64,000 bases of DNA, from IMG/VR virus record IMGVR_UViG_3300021400_000063; one strand, given 5' to 3'. The translations under genes were made by a program, and so were the position numbers. This DNA comes from a virus (taxonomy: Duplodnaviria > Caudoviricetes). This document shows, piece by piece, positions 1-11,900 of this stretch. Below the pieces are notes generated by a model, which did no database searches, had not been told where the DNA came from, and was given only the letters and a program-made list of their open reading frames with translations. Within the stretch, counting starts at the first letter, position 1; each line of letters starts with the position of its first letter.

Positions 1-107
1 ATGATAATACTGATTCATTTGAAATTAAACGACGATGGTTTGATAATTTAAAATATGTTTATAGGGAATGTTTAGATTTTGATAAACTAAACATCTAAGG
101 ATATAAA

Positions 108-1043
108 ATGATATCAATTATTATACCTTTTTACGATAAAGATCAACATCATATGACAAATATGTTAAACTATTTATCTAAATTAACATTTAATAAAGAA
201 GTTATATTTGTTGACGATAGAAATGATAAAACTGAAGATATTAGAAAACTTTATAATATTCCTAATGAATATAAAATAATACCTAGTTTTCCTACTGGTG
301 AAAATGTAGGTACATTTGAAGCTAGAAAAAGCGGTATTATGAATGCTTCTGGAGAATACACTTGGTGTGTTGATATCGATGATGAACCTCTAAATTTTGA
401 TACTTCTATAGTTTCTTCAAAAAAAGATATTTATTTTTTTAATAATTTAGTTTATTATGTAACAACTAATGAAACCTATAAATCTTTAAATAGACCCTAT
501 AGAGTAACAAATTTCATAGAAAAATATTATTATGATATAATGAAAATGGATGGTAACGTTGTTAACTTAAATATATCAAATTTTTCAAATCCAATGTTGG
601 TTGGTTATATTATAAGATATATTTGTTTACCATTAACATTTTGTATTTGGGATAAATTATTAAAAACATCTACATTACAAGAAACATTAAGTGAAATCGA
701 ACCTATTAAAAATTTCAAATATGGTGAAGATTCATTTTTAAGTAGATTGTATTTAAAATATTTAATAGATAATATGAAATGTGCTAGTATTCAATTCATT
801 TCATCACCTAACTATAAATATTACGAATATACTCCTGACAAATATGTTTTTGCAAAACGTTATGAACATTTTTCACCAGATACAATTAATTATACACTAT
901 CAATTAATTATAAATACTTTAAGGGAACTTGGTTGGAAGTTTTTTCTTTATTAGAAGATGCTTATGAAGAATTTGAAACTAAAACCGGTGAAGCAACTAA
1001 TAATATACATTCTAATTGGGTTTACTCAATAGTTGAAAAATAA
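108..1043 (+). CDS. Glycosyltransferase family 2 (GT-A fold)
   Basis: N-terminal ISIIIPFYD...EVIFVDD, G-TFEARKSG, DxDD (VDIDD) and GED motifs typical of GT2; paralog of 17351-18094. Confidence 0.85.
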   Translation: MISIIIPFYDKDQHHMTNMLNYLSKLTFNKEVIFVDDRNDKTEDIRKLYNIPNEYKIIPSFPTGENVGTFEARKSGIMNASGEYTWCVDIDDEPLNFDTSIVSSKKDIYFFNNLVYYVTTNETYKSLNRPYRVTNFIEKYYYDIMKMDGNVVNLNISNFSNPMLVGYIIRYICLPLTFCIWDKLLKTSTLQETLSEIEPIKNFKYGEDSFLSRLYLKYLIDNMKCASIQFISSPNYKYYEYTPDKYVFAKRYEHFSPDTINYTLSINYKYFKGTWLEVFSLLEDAYEEFETKTGEATNNIHSNWVYSIVEK

Positions 1044-1069
1044 AATGTGGGTTAAAATAACCCACATTT
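1043..1069. terminator. Intrinsic terminator hairpin
   Basis: aaatgtgggtta-aaa-taacccacattt inverted repeat directly after the stop codon. Confidence 0.7.
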
Positions 1070-1130
1070 ATATATTTATATAATGGAAAATACAAATATT
1101 ATATAACTTAAAAGCGAGGATTTAATATTT

Positions 1131-2219
1131 ATGGAACCATATCAGTATGTACTAGAGGAATTATTAAAAGTTCCTGGAAGTCTTCCAGCAGGACAAGATG
1201 AGATTCGAATGTTATGTCCAGTATGTGGACATCCTAAACCAAAACTTTATGTAGGTCTTTATAAAGCATTATTACCGAAGAAAGTATTGACTTATGATTG
1301 TAAACATTGTCAATTTCAAGGTGGAGTAGGTCCAAAATTCTTAAAAATGTTTAATGTTGAACCTAATCAAGAATATCTTGAAGGCATGAAGAAACAATCT
1401 AGATCTTCTACTAAAATAATAAATCCTGTAACAAAAATGGAAAAGATGGATTTAAAAATTCCTGATAGAATATTACCACAGGATGAATTTAAAGTAAAAT
1501 ATCTAGAAGGAAGATTTGGTAGAAAGATAACTATTAAAGATTTAAAAACTTATAAAATAGTTTTAAATTTTAAAGATTTCTTTAAATTCAATAATGTAGA
1601 TCCTACAGTTTATATTGATAAATCTGATGAAAGAAAGTATCAATATCAGTTATTCTTATTCAATGAATATACTAAACATTTTGTAGGAATGCTTAGTGTA
1701 GATAATAATAAATTGAATCTAAGAAATATAAATTCTCAAGCTTTGGCAAGTAAAAGATATATGGTTCATACGATAAATAAATCAATAACGAATCCTTATA
1801 TGTATATGCCAGATATTCCAATTGATATCATGAGTGTACATCCTACAATCAATATGGCTGAAGGAAATTATGATATCATTGGTGCTAAAGAAACATATTT
1901 CTTAAATGAAGATTATTCGGATGTATTTGTAGCTGTTGGTACACGTAAAGCTTACAAACGTGTATTAAATCAAATTATGAAAATGACTGGATTCATTAAT
2001 GCAAAAATAAATATTTTTGCAGATAATGATGGAGATATTAATGGAATGAATAATGTAGATTTCTATAAAGATCTTTTTAAAGAATTTAGACCATTGTACG
2101 AAGACATTACATTAAATTATAATGTTGCTGAATATACAGATGAAAATGGTAGAGTAATTCCTTGTAAAGATTTTGGAAATCTTTCTCATCCAATAAAACT
2201 AGAAAAGGTGGAGATATAG
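1131..2219 (+). CDS. DNA primase (Zn-finger + TOPRIM, T4 gp61-like)
   Basis: CPVCG...YDCKHC zinc-binding domain; TOPRIM motifs AEGNYD, IFADND and C-terminal KDFG. Confidence 0.8.
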   Translation: MEPYQYVLEELLKVPGSLPAGQDEIRMLCPVCGHPKPKLYVGLYKALLPKKVLTYDCKHCQFQGGVGPKFLKMFNVEPNQEYLEGMKKQSRSSTKIINPVTKMEKMDLKIPDRILPQDEFKVKYLEGRFGRKITIKDLKTYKIVLNFKDFFKFNNVDPTVYIDKSDERKYQYQLFLFNEYTKHFVGMLSVDNNKLNLRNINSQALASKRYMVHTINKSITNPYMYMPDIPIDIMSVHPTINMAEGNYDIIGAKETYFLNEDYSDVFVAVGTRKAYKRVLNQIMKMTGFINAKINIFADNDGDINGMNNVDFYKDLFKEFRPLYEDITLNYNVAEYTDENGRVIPCKDFGNLSHPIKLEKVEI

Positions 2220-2229
2220 GAGATATAAT

Positions 2230-2448
2230 ATGAAAGATACTCATTTAGTTAAAACAACATGTGACATGTGTGGTCAAAAGATTGATTGTTGTGAAAATTC
2301 ATTTGAATTAAGATTTGAAGAACCTGATCCTACTTATGGTCGTAGCAGATATTCGTCGTACGATTTCTGTTCACCTGAATGTTTATCAATTTATGCTCTT
2401 AGACATTTTGGTAAGGATGATTTTGGGCATATAGAATTTAAGAGGTAA
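2230..2448 (+). CDS. Small Zn-binding protein (CxxC...FCSxxC)
   Basis: CDMCG and DFCSPEC motifs; RBS-like ggaga upstream. Confidence 0.55.
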   Translation: MKDTHLVKTTCDMCGQKIDCCENSFELRFEEPDPTYGRSRYSSYDFCSPECLSIYALRHFGKDDFGHIEFKR

Positions 2449-2451
2449 TTT

Positions 2452-2859
2452 ATGTTCGATGTTAATGCTGAAAAAATACATTGCAGTCATTGTAATAAAG
2501 AAATAGGTAGAGATGATAAATTTATATTCACTCATTATCTTTCCTTTAATCCTTATATAAATCATATTTCTGGATCAAAAGGTTTCTGTTGTATAGAATG
2601 TGCTAAACTTAACGATTCGTCATTAGAAACATTTATTAATGATATGGCTGTTAAACATTACAAATCTCATATGTATAGTCCAAATTCAATTTTACACATC
2701 GATGATATTGATGAAGAAACTGAACGACCTAGGATAGCAGCATTAAGCCAAGCGCTTAATTCAATTGTTGATAAATATAATGCTCATGGAGTATTTATTG
2801 AAATAAATACAACATTAAATGAACTTAAAGAACGACAGGAAGAACAAATGAAAGATTAA
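2452..2859 (+). CDS. Hypothetical protein with CxxC...FCCxxC Zn-binding motif
   Basis: CSHCN and GFCCIEC; same architecture as the upstream small ORF. Confidence 0.55.
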   Translation: MFDVNAEKIHCSHCNKEIGRDDKFIFTHYLSFNPYINHISGSKGFCCIECAKLNDSSLETFINDMAVKHYKSHMYSPNSILHIDDIDEETERPRIAALSQALNSIVDKYNAHGVFIEINTTLNELKERQEEQMKD

Positions 2860-2863
2860 TATA

Positions 2864-2891
2864 AAATGGTGGGATTATATCCCACCATTTA
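2864..2891. terminator. Bidirectional terminator between convergent genes
   Basis: aaatggtgggat-tat-atcccaccattt. Confidence 0.75.
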
Positions 2892-2892
2892 T

Positions 2893-3333
2893 TTATAATA
2901 TTTTTTTCTTTTCAATATATTCTTCATCAGATAAACAATGTGTGATTACACTCATATCTGGAAGTAAAACATAATCAAGATCATGAAATTCTGAAGAATC
3001 TTCACACCCATTCACATACAAAATAAGATACCATAGATTTGGAGTATTATATCTATCAGTTGATAAAGCTTCTGGTCTATAATTATATTTTTGATTCAAT
3101 TCTGGAGTTAATGTTAATTTAGTACATGATTCTTTTATTTTTTCATAACACTTAGTAAGTAAAATATTTTCTCTAAGATTCAATTTCATATCTGTTGTTT
3201 TGTAATATAATAACTCGTCATTTTTAAATTCATTAGAAATTGAAGCTTGCTCTATATCTGTACTATCTTTAAATTGATCAACGATAGTTCTAGAAAAACT
3301 TGTTTGATTTGAAAATACACTATTCGTAACCAT
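2893..3333 (-). CDS. Baseplate wedge subunit (T4 gp53/LysM-like)
   Basis: YRPEALSTDRYNTPNLWYLILYVNG matches the gp53-type RPE..S...Y....lww.il..N motif. Confidence 0.65.
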   Translation of the reverse strand: MVTNSVFSNQTSFSRTIVDQFKDSTDIEQASISNEFKNDELLYYKTTDMKLNLRENILLTKCYEKIKESCTKLTLTPELNQKYNYRPEALSTDRYNTPNLWYLILYVNGCEDSSEFHDLDYVLLPDMSVITHCLSDEEYIEKKKIL

Positions 3334-3343
3334 TATAATTCTC

Positions 3344-4561
3344 CTAAGATCCCATTATTTTTGTAGTAGATCCACCACCAGCAAATGAAGCAACTGCTGA
3401 TGAACCCATACCAGCTCCAGAAGGATACATATCTGCTGCAGCAGCAAGCTGTGTTAAACAAACCATTAATTGAGGGAATTTAACAAGTGGAACTCCAGAA
3501 GGATCAGTTTGGAATACTGTAGAACCTTTAGGTCCAGATGTTCCATTAACAGATGGGACAGGTACATTAATATCTGGTATATTACCAATTGTGAAAGTTG
3601 GTAATGTGACAGATCCATTTAAACCGATAGTTGGGGTATCACAATGGAATGTTTTTTCTTTAAATGATGTTGATGTACCATCATGTTTTTCATTTTTAAC
3701 TTCATATGTACCTACATCAGAAGTTTGTTTAAAATTATCAAATTCATACTTTGTATCAGAAGATTTTTCTTTTATATTAGATGCATTTAATTCAAAATCT
3801 CCATCTTTTACATCGAAAGATATTTTTGTTTTAGCTATCCCTTCAATAGTATCAGCTTCCATTGTAATTTTATCAGCTTTTTGAGTAAATGTAGTTCCAG
3901 ATGTTTTTGTAACTATAGCATCATCTTGATAATTCATTTCCCAGCTACGATCACCACTATCATCATCAATAGTCATAACACCATTTTTAGAATCCATAGT
4001 AAGTCTAAACATACAAGTTTCATTATTTTTATTAGATGTAGCTATTTGTAAAACTTGAACATCTTTGGTAGAATCCATTTTAATAAAATATGTATTATCT
4101 TCACTTAATGCGGTATTTTCATGTTCATTTGCTGGTACTGCTAATAAAAATTTATCTGTTGCTCTTTGACCTAAACGGTTAATACTATATGGTAAAAAAG
4201 CTAAAGTTTTTATATCATTATCAATCATAGATATTAAAACTTTATCACCAACAGTATATTTAGCCATCGATTGGTTTTGATTCAATAAAGGATCTACAGT
4301 AATATAATTTTTAAGTATTATAGAGGAATCCCAATAAGAATTAGAATCTTCATTTATACATTTCTTTCCATTAACACTAATAGATTCTTCGGTCGCTTTA
4401 TCACCATTTTTAAACGTATATCCTAACATAAATTTAGGTATAATTACTCCTAATTGTGGAGCCCCTATTTCTTCATCAGTTTTAAAAACTATACCTATTG
4501 TATCAGAATATTCATCAGTTCCTAAAGATAAATCATTTGAAATGGGATCTAAAATTCTCAT
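3344..4561 (-). CDS. Putative baseplate central spike (gp5/VgrG-like OB fold + beta-helix)
   Basis: N-terminal OB-like region (VGDKVLISMID), then short alternating beta-strand repeats; next to the gp53-like gene. Confidence 0.5.
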   Translation of the reverse strand: MRILDPISNDLSLGTDEYSDTIGIVFKTDEEIGAPQLGVIIPKFMLGYTFKNGDKATEESISVNGKKCINEDSNSYWDSSIILKNYITVDPLLNQNQSMAKYTVGDKVLISMIDNDIKTLAFLPYSINRLGQRATDKFLLAVPANEHENTALSEDNTYFIKMDSTKDVQVLQIATSNKNNETCMFRLTMDSKNGVMTIDDDSGDRSWEMNYQDDAIVTKTSGTTFTQKADKITMEADTIEGIAKTKISFDVKDGDFELNASNIKEKSSDTKYEFDNFKQTSDVGTYEVKNEKHDGTSTSFKEKTFHCDTPTIGLNGSVTLPTFTIGNIPDINVPVPSVNGTSGPKGSTVFQTDPSGVPLVKFPQLMVCLTQLAAAADMYPSGAGMGSSAVASFAGGGSTTKIMGS

Positions 4562-4580
4562 ATTTATACCTCTTTAGATA

Positions 4581-4626
4581 TATTCAAATGTTATTTTTAC
4601 TAATTTATATCGTTGACATTTAAATA
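4581..4626. promoter_or_regulatory. Divergent pair of phage late-type promoters (A/G)ACA-N6-TA
   Basis: Minus strand AACA-tttgaa-TA (4581-4592); plus strand GACA-tttaaa-TA (4615-4626). Confidence 0.55.
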
Positions 4627-4669
4627 TACGTAGTATTCTGAAATAATGCTTTATTAAGGAGAAAATATT

Positions 4670-7111
4670 ATGAGTATTCAAAATGATAGACTCAAGGGCG
4701 AATTTTATCGTGCACCAATGACTAAACTCGCCAGCAGATCAAATGTTATAACTCAAATAAATGAACTAATTGAATACTTCAACGGACTGTCGGATCTTGT
4801 AGATAATACATTCGATCGTATTACTGATGATAGGGAAAGAATGAAAAATATTCTTACTCAAATCAATAATAAAACTCGGCATTTTAAATATATTATAGAA
4901 AATTTTGAACCTGAAATTTCACAACACGTTGAAGAGAAATTAGCCAATTTAATGGGTACTCTTTCTACTAATTTAAATACAGTTGTAACAGAGTATAATA
5001 AAAACTTATTTAACCATAATGGACAAACAGATTCTGCCATAGCTGATGATATCCAAGATCTCAATTCTTTAGAAGAATGGGATAGAAGTATTAATCATAT
5101 TTCTAATAACATGGGTATTAGATGGTTTGGTGGAAAACTTTCAGATAAATTTTTCATCAATCAATTCAATAGTATTTTACATCTTGTTAAAGTAAATACA
5201 ACTGATAAACACAATGTAGAAGATGTTATAAATGGAAATATTATATTTGAAATTTTCATTTCGACTAAAAATGGAATGACTTGGTTAGTTCTTGGACAGG
5301 ATGGTAATTTTGGTTATAACTTAGTAACTAAATATCAGTCTAAAACAAATAATATCGATTTGAAATTGGTTTCTAAAAATTATTTTACTCCAAAAACATA
5401 TGATATTAATAAATTTGATTTGGATTGTATAATCGATACACTGTTAAAACAAGATGATATTTCTGGAAAAAATGTTTACATTAATGTTAAAACTAACATC
5501 CCTTCAAATTCTTATTCAGGTAGAGAAGGTTATTATATTAGTAAATCTAAATCATTTTCAGATGAAGTAGATAAACATTCGGTTAACAATGTAGCTAATA
5601 AATTAATGTATCACGATAATAAAGATATCACTTATGTTAAACAAGAAAATAATGATATCGAAGATGTAAAAGCTGCTAATATTGAAAACATCGATACCAA
5701 TTATATAATCAATCCAAAGAATAAAAAGAATTCAACAACAGTTTCTAATACAGATAAAATTACAAATTTTTATTCAGAGATTAAAAATCAAACAACTAGT
5801 AATTCTACATCATTTACAGTAGAAGACAAAAATGATTCTGGTGTAACAATGATTAATAATGCTGAAAAAGTTAGTGGTCGTGTAATAAATCCTGAGAATT
5901 ATGTAGCTGTAAATAAGAAATATTTAGAAAATATCGATTTACAATCTCGCAAATATGATAAAGATACAAGTATTCCTGTATATAATTCTGGTGAACAGAT
6001 AGAGGATCTTTTCGATTATCGTACTATTGGTAAAGTACAACCAATACTTCAGAACGAATCTATGTTTGAAGTTGATGGTGCTATTGGTGGTAGCACTAGT
6101 GTTATTAGTGGTGATATTGTATATGGTGAATCTAAAGATGATATAACATTATCGAATAAGTTATACAACAATAGTTCATTCGATGATATTTCTACAAATG
6201 AAAATTCATTCTCAGTATTAAATAAATACACCGATTCATCAATAGATAATACAATTAATGAAATAAAACAAACTTCTATTGGTGCATTAGCTGCTACAAA
6301 TATGGGAATTTATAATTTCTCAAAAAATGCCGGAATAATGGCAGGCTCTAATGATATAAATTTCAATTGTATTTTTGAAGCTTCAGATGGTACAATTTAT
6401 GCTGGAACAAAAAATAATAACGGTATTTATTATTGGAATGTTGATAAACAACTTTGGGAATTAACCAATATTAGACGCGGATCTATTTCAACTTTTGTCG
6501 AAGATACAATGGGTTATATTTTTGCTGTGGCTAATAATGGTGGAAATAGTAGTAATGAACCAGAATTCGATCCTTCTACTTCAATGTATAAAGTTGTAAA
6601 TTCTATTTATAGAGGTAAAACACCTACTTCATTCTATGCTTTTGAAGATATGTTGAATAAAGGTATCTATGATAAAGATAATAATCCTGTAACAAATGTA
6701 GAATCATTTAATAGAGATTGTTATTATTGGTCAGATAGATTAGTTGGCGCATGGTTTATTAAATCTAGTATTAAAAACAAAAAAGCATTTTTCAATTATA
6801 ATGAAGATAGATGGTATGTATATAATCCTGAAACAATGAAATTATTCGTTTCTGTAGACAATTATTTCTACAAATTTAAATTAAGTAATATTCATACCAA
6901 ATATTCATTCGTTTCTGATATCGTATATAACGATGATACAATGTACGTATCTGTTATGGATAACAACAATAAATCATACGTTATAGAATACAAAAATGGT
7001 GAGGAACGTAGAATAAAGTTAAATGATGAAACTATTAAAAATAATAGAAAAATCATTAAACATAATGTAATGTTGGCTACGTTTGAAGATCTTAATTTTG
7101 GAAAGGAGTAA
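4670..7111 (+). CDS. Putative virion structural protein (C-terminal beta-propeller-like region)
   Basis: 813 aa ORF with aaggag RBS; N-terminal coiled coil and blade-like repeats (IFEASDGTIYAGT, FVEDTMGYIFAV). Confidence 0.45.
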   Translation: MSIQNDRLKGEFYRAPMTKLASRSNVITQINELIEYFNGLSDLVDNTFDRITDDRERMKNILTQINNKTRHFKYIIENFEPEISQHVEEKLANLMGTLSTNLNTVVTEYNKNLFNHNGQTDSAIADDIQDLNSLEEWDRSINHISNNMGIRWFGGKLSDKFFINQFNSILHLVKVNTTDKHNVEDVINGNIIFEIFISTKNGMTWLVLGQDGNFGYNLVTKYQSKTNNIDLKLVSKNYFTPKTYDINKFDLDCIIDTLLKQDDISGKNVYINVKTNIPSNSYSGREGYYISKSKSFSDEVDKHSVNNVANKLMYHDNKDITYVKQENNDIEDVKAANIENIDTNYIINPKNKKNSTTVSNTDKITNFYSEIKNQTTSNSTSFTVEDKNDSGVTMINNAEKVSGRVINPENYVAVNKKYLENIDLQSRKYDKDTSIPVYNSGEQIEDLFDYRTIGKVQPILQNESMFEVDGAIGGSTSVISGDIVYGESKDDITLSNKLYNNSSFDDISTNENSFSVLNKYTDSSIDNTINEIKQTSIGALAATNMGIYNFSKNAGIMAGSNDINFNCIFEASDGTIYAGTKNNNGIYYWNVDKQLWELTNIRRGSISTFVEDTMGYIFAVANNGGNSSNEPEFDPSTSMYKVVNSIYRGKTPTSFYAFEDMLNKGIYDKDNNPVTNVESFNRDCYYWSDRLVGAWFIKSSIKNKKAFFNYNEDRWYVYNPETMKLFVSVDNYFYKFKLSNIHTKYSFVSDIVYNDDTMYVSVMDNNNKSYVIEYKNGEERRIKLNDETIKNNRKIIKHNVMLATFEDLNFGKE

Positions 7112-7114
7112 TAA

Positions 7115-8917
7115 ATGTCTGACGAATTAACTAATGAAAATGAAATTGACGATGAAAACATCGATGATATTATTCCTGAAGAAGAAGTTATCGTTGAAGA
7201 ACAAACTGAAGAATCAGAAGAAACTACTGAAGAAGAATCCGTCGATATCGGTGAAGATGATGGTATAGAAGAAGGTACTTCTGAAGATACTACAAAAGCA
7301 GATCCTACTATTGAAGAAACTGTTGATATCATTGAAGATAATACAGATCAAAATACTGATGAAGATAATGGTACAGAAGAAACTGTTGAAGAGGTCGATA
7401 AAGAACAAGAAGATGAAACAGCATTGAAAAAATACAAAATAATAGAATTTTCAAATGATAACGATACTTCTGTAGCAATTATTAAAGATATTGATATCGA
7501 AAATTCTGACTCAACATCTAAACATATCAATGATTTTAAAACAAAAGCTACAGATATTGTTAATTTATATGAGTTAAATCAAGAAATTATTGATTCTGAA
7601 ACCAGCGCTATCGAAGCAGAAATTTCATCAATAAATGAACAAATTTCTTCTCAAAATGCAACATTAACTTCATTACGTGAAGAACAACAAACAGTTCAAA
7701 CATCTTATGATGAGAAACAAAATCAAATTTTAGAGTTTGAAGATTCTCATAAAACAGTTCCTGAAGATAATCCTGAAAGTGAACCATATTTTGATCCTGA
7801 TAGATTGGATTCTGAAGAATCTGAAGAATATACTGAATTAACATCAGCATTAGCTTCAATTAATTCCGAATTATTAAGAATATCTGGAGAAATAACAGAA
7901 GCTGTAAATCTTTTAGATTATTACGAATCTAATTTGGAAGCTAAACAAATTCAATTAGATACATTAAATGAAACTATTTCTCCTGATTCAGTTAATGATT
8001 CTATTCCAACTAAATATTTAAAAGAAGTAGAATCTAATACTGAATATGCTACTCCTGATATGTTCATAGAATTAATCATAGTCGGAGATGATGTTCCTGA
8101 TTTTTCTGATACCGAAGCAAATAACACACCATACTATTATATGGTAGGTACATTTGTAAATAAAGAAGTATCTGGAACTACTACAAGATGTTTGGTATTA
8201 AGCTCAATAGATCGATTTGATACATTAAAGACTGTAAATGATTTAAGAACTTATTATGATTTTGATAAGATTTATGCAATTTCCGCTACTAAAAAAGAGG
8301 AAATTAATTCATATAGAAATACTCTATCGGATAATACTATTACTGAATCTGGTAAAATCAATTTACTAAATAATTCAATTACATATATTCCTGAAACAGA
8401 ATTTTCAGAAATTACCAATTTAACAGATGATTTGGTAGTTCCTTCATTAACCATTTTAGTTAAAACTGTATCAGATGACCAATCTGGTGGTGGAGAAATT
8501 GAACAACCTGATACGCCTGTTACAGATCCTGATGCAGAAACATATGACCAATATTTAAGAGCTGGAAATATCTACATATTAAATAATATAATATTTATTA
8601 TTCCTAATAGTTCGGATAGTATTAAGAAAATTGTTTTCGTTAATGGATATTACTATTTATTAACATCATCTTGCTTAATATATAAACTTGATGAAAACTT
8701 TAAATTGATTTCTACTATCGATTTAACAAAAATTTCATCAGATATATCTAAAACAAATATTTTTAGTACTGGTAATATGTTAATAATTCAATCTGATAAA
8801 ACATATGTTACAGATTCAGAATCTATTAAAAATAACTATGGTATTCTTGATACTGATGTTACAATTGATTCTGTAAAAATAAATACAAAAACAATTGTTA
8901 AATTACTTATTAAATAA
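7115..8917 (+). CDS. Acidic coiled-coil protein, probably virion-associated
   Basis: 600 aa; E/D-rich N-terminus and heptad region; RBS aaggag; co-transcribed with the upstream gene. Confidence 0.45.
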   Translation: MSDELTNENEIDDENIDDIIPEEEVIVEEQTEESEETTEEESVDIGEDDGIEEGTSEDTTKADPTIEETVDIIEDNTDQNTDEDNGTEETVEEVDKEQEDETALKKYKIIEFSNDNDTSVAIIKDIDIENSDSTSKHINDFKTKATDIVNLYELNQEIIDSETSAIEAEISSINEQISSQNATLTSLREEQQTVQTSYDEKQNQILEFEDSHKTVPEDNPESEPYFDPDRLDSEESEEYTELTSALASINSELLRISGEITEAVNLLDYYESNLEAKQIQLDTLNETISPDSVNDSIPTKYLKEVESNTEYATPDMFIELIIVGDDVPDFSDTEANNTPYYYMVGTFVNKEVSGTTTRCLVLSSIDRFDTLKTVNDLRTYYDFDKIYAISATKKEEINSYRNTLSDNTITESGKINLLNNSITYIPETEFSEITNLTDDLVVPSLTILVKTVSDDQSGGGEIEQPDTPVTDPDAETYDQYLRAGNIYILNNIIFIIPNSSDSIKKIVFVNGYYYLLTSSCLIYKLDENFKLISTIDLTKISSDISKTNIFSTGNMLIIQSDKTYVTDSESIKNNYGILDTDVTIDSVKINTKTIVKLLIK

Positions 8918-8950
8918 TATAAAGGTGGGAGAAATTCTCCCACCTTTATA
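8918..8950. terminator. Bidirectional terminator
   Basis: tataaaggtgggaga-aat-tctcccacctttata between convergent genes. Confidence 0.8.
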
Positions 8951-8971
8951 TTCTATTTTAGTAAATAGGAT

Positions 8972-11900
8972 TTAATCATATGGATCAAACGGTTCAATAC
9001 CACTTTCATCATCAGCAACACTAGTAGTTATTCCAAATTTACAAGGTTTAATATTTGAATCTATAAAGTCTTCAGTTTCTACAGGATAGATTTTTAATTC
9101 TATTCTTGCATTATCTGTATTAACTAAATAGTTCTCAACATCACCAAGTATTTCAGATACTTCATGTTTAAATCCATCAGCAATAATAGTTTGTCCTTGT
9201 TTAAGGAATCTATTATTAATAAGATTCTTAGAATTAAACTTCTGATAAATATTTTTATACAGTTGTTTAATAGAATTAGACTGATGGAATTCACGAGGTT
9301 TAGTAATCAAAGGTTTAACTACACCATCTGCTTCATTATAGAATTCATTAGGTTCGAAATACTGGAATATATGTTTTGCAATTCCGGTAATACCATCAAT
9401 AATACCGATTTCTTTGAAAACAAATTTATCCAAATTAGAATTATCTGTTTTTTCAACAAGGTTATTATATGAATCTTGATTATCAAAAATAGCTCTGAGT
9501 TCATAAAGAACATCATTTGATTCTGATTCTGGAGAACTTGTTACACCATCGAATTGTCTATCACCAAACATGTAGATGTTAGAATCATTAGAAGGTTTCA
9601 TATAAAGAATTCCATTATATTCTGCAAGTTCTATATCAGCTATAGTTTTTTCATCAAATCCGGATACACTTGTAGATTCATCACCATATGCATAATAAGG
9701 AATAAATTTATTATTTTCAAAATCATATTCAAGTATATGCATACTACGAGGAATATTAGAATCTCCATTGAAAATCACAAATAATTTACCATTTATTTCT
9801 TTTAAATAATAAGCATCTCGAATATCACTTGTAAGCCCAGATGTAGATAATTGTTTATATTCGAAATATGAGATACTTTTTACTTCATCATTAGTACCAA
9901 CACCATTTATTTTATAAATTCCGCCACTACCAAAAATATAGTTAAAATAGCGACTTATTACAAAATTACCAAAATCTGTACTAATAATTTTTTCCGATCC
10001 ATTGAATTTATCAAATAAAGGATTATCATATTTTCTAGCATAAACTACCGAAGTTGTATCCATTGAATCGTTGAGAGATGTATTAGAAATATTTGGTTCG
10101 AAACGGAAATCAATTCCATGATCATGTCTATAATCACTATTATCATTTTCCATGAATTTACGATAAGCCCATGCTCCAGAATATCTACCAATTGTAATAT
10201 CAGTATTCTGATAATCAGACATCAACATACCAGTTGCATCTGCAGGTATATATGCTGTTCCGGAAATCCAAATAGTATTAGTAGTTGTATCTTCCCAAAC
10301 TTGACTATGATTACAAGGATATTCATTAGTATATGATGACCCATCTAATAAATTAAATGTCGTTTTATATTTACATTCTTCCCATAATAACACATTGTAA
10401 ACTGATAAATAACATCTAAAAATTGTATTTTTATATGTATTATCATTTGCACAATAAAGGATAAATACACCCCTTGAAGTTTCTTGAATATCAACGATTC
10501 TAGATGTCGACATTTTCGAAATTGTTGTTAATACTGTACTTGGAAGTAATGCAACGAATTCATTTTGCTTAGGATCGTAATAGTTAAAGTTTATACCAGT
10601 TGTTGAGAAATCGAGTTCATCAAAACCAGCATCATTTCTTCTTCTTTCAAATCCATCATCACGTTTATTTCCAATAAATAAACCTGTATCAAAACTTTCT
10701 GCAAAGTTAAGATTATTTGATGTTAAATCAAATTCATGAGGAACAACTTCAAATATATCAGTTTCTTCATTATATTTAAGAATATTTTTACTATCGAAAT
10801 AGAATATACCATATTTAGTTTCGATCATTTTCTTAAATGTGTTATAAACTAATCCGTTGATAGTATATTCACATTCGTGAGCAGAACCACCTTGAACTTT
10901 AAACCATTTAGGAGATGATAAAACATCATTATTTTCATAAATGTTAGATCCGTATACACCAAACATTTTTCCAGATTTAGTAACGAATAAATAATCGAAA
11001 CAAATAAAATCTGAAATTAATGTAGTTTTGTCAGAATCGTAAATAGAGAACCAATTTGAAGAAGGTCTACCAGTTTGCTCATCTAATACAGATGTACCAA
11101 ATACCATAGTATCTTTATAAGCTACAGGTAAGCATTTCTGGTTTATTAAAGATTTTGGATCTGATATAAATATTGATGATTCAGAGTATGATTTTATCTC
11201 ATTGTCACCCATTATATATTTGAAAATAACATCGAATGGATCTAAAACATTTCCTTCAGAAACATAACATTTCTGGAAAATATTTGTAAGATAAAATTTA
11301 TGATTTATCAATAATGGTCTATCTTCAAAATATCCTAACATATCATCTCTACGATACTCTGATGAATCGACCAAATATGTATTGTTTACTGGATTATAAT
11401 AATGCCAGTTATATGTAGATGGTAATTTATTTTCATCATCTTCTATACTTGAAATGTTTGGAATGTTAGAATGTGTATTTTTAAATACAATATCTCCTAA
11501 ATTAACAAGATCGTTTCCATTATTATTTATTGGTTTAATAAATGATGGTAAACCTGTAATAACATTTATAGATCCATCTTCTTCTAAACTAAATATAGCT
11601 GAATAAGAACAGATTAATAAAATTTTATTTTCAGGAGTTAACATTGTATTAACAAATGTTGGTTTTCCATTAGCGTCGCCAAATTTAGTATATGCTAAGA
11701 AATTCAAATCTTCCAATTGTACAATGTTTCCAGAAATATGAATACAATCGTAAACAGAATCGTCAGAAGTATCATTTTTCGATGTATTTATCGTAAAGAA
11801 TACATAAGCTTCTTCTTTTCCTGTAATAGAATTAGTACGTTTAACAAAAACATTATCAAATTGTTTAATGCTATTTCTAGTAGTATTGTAAACTGGTATA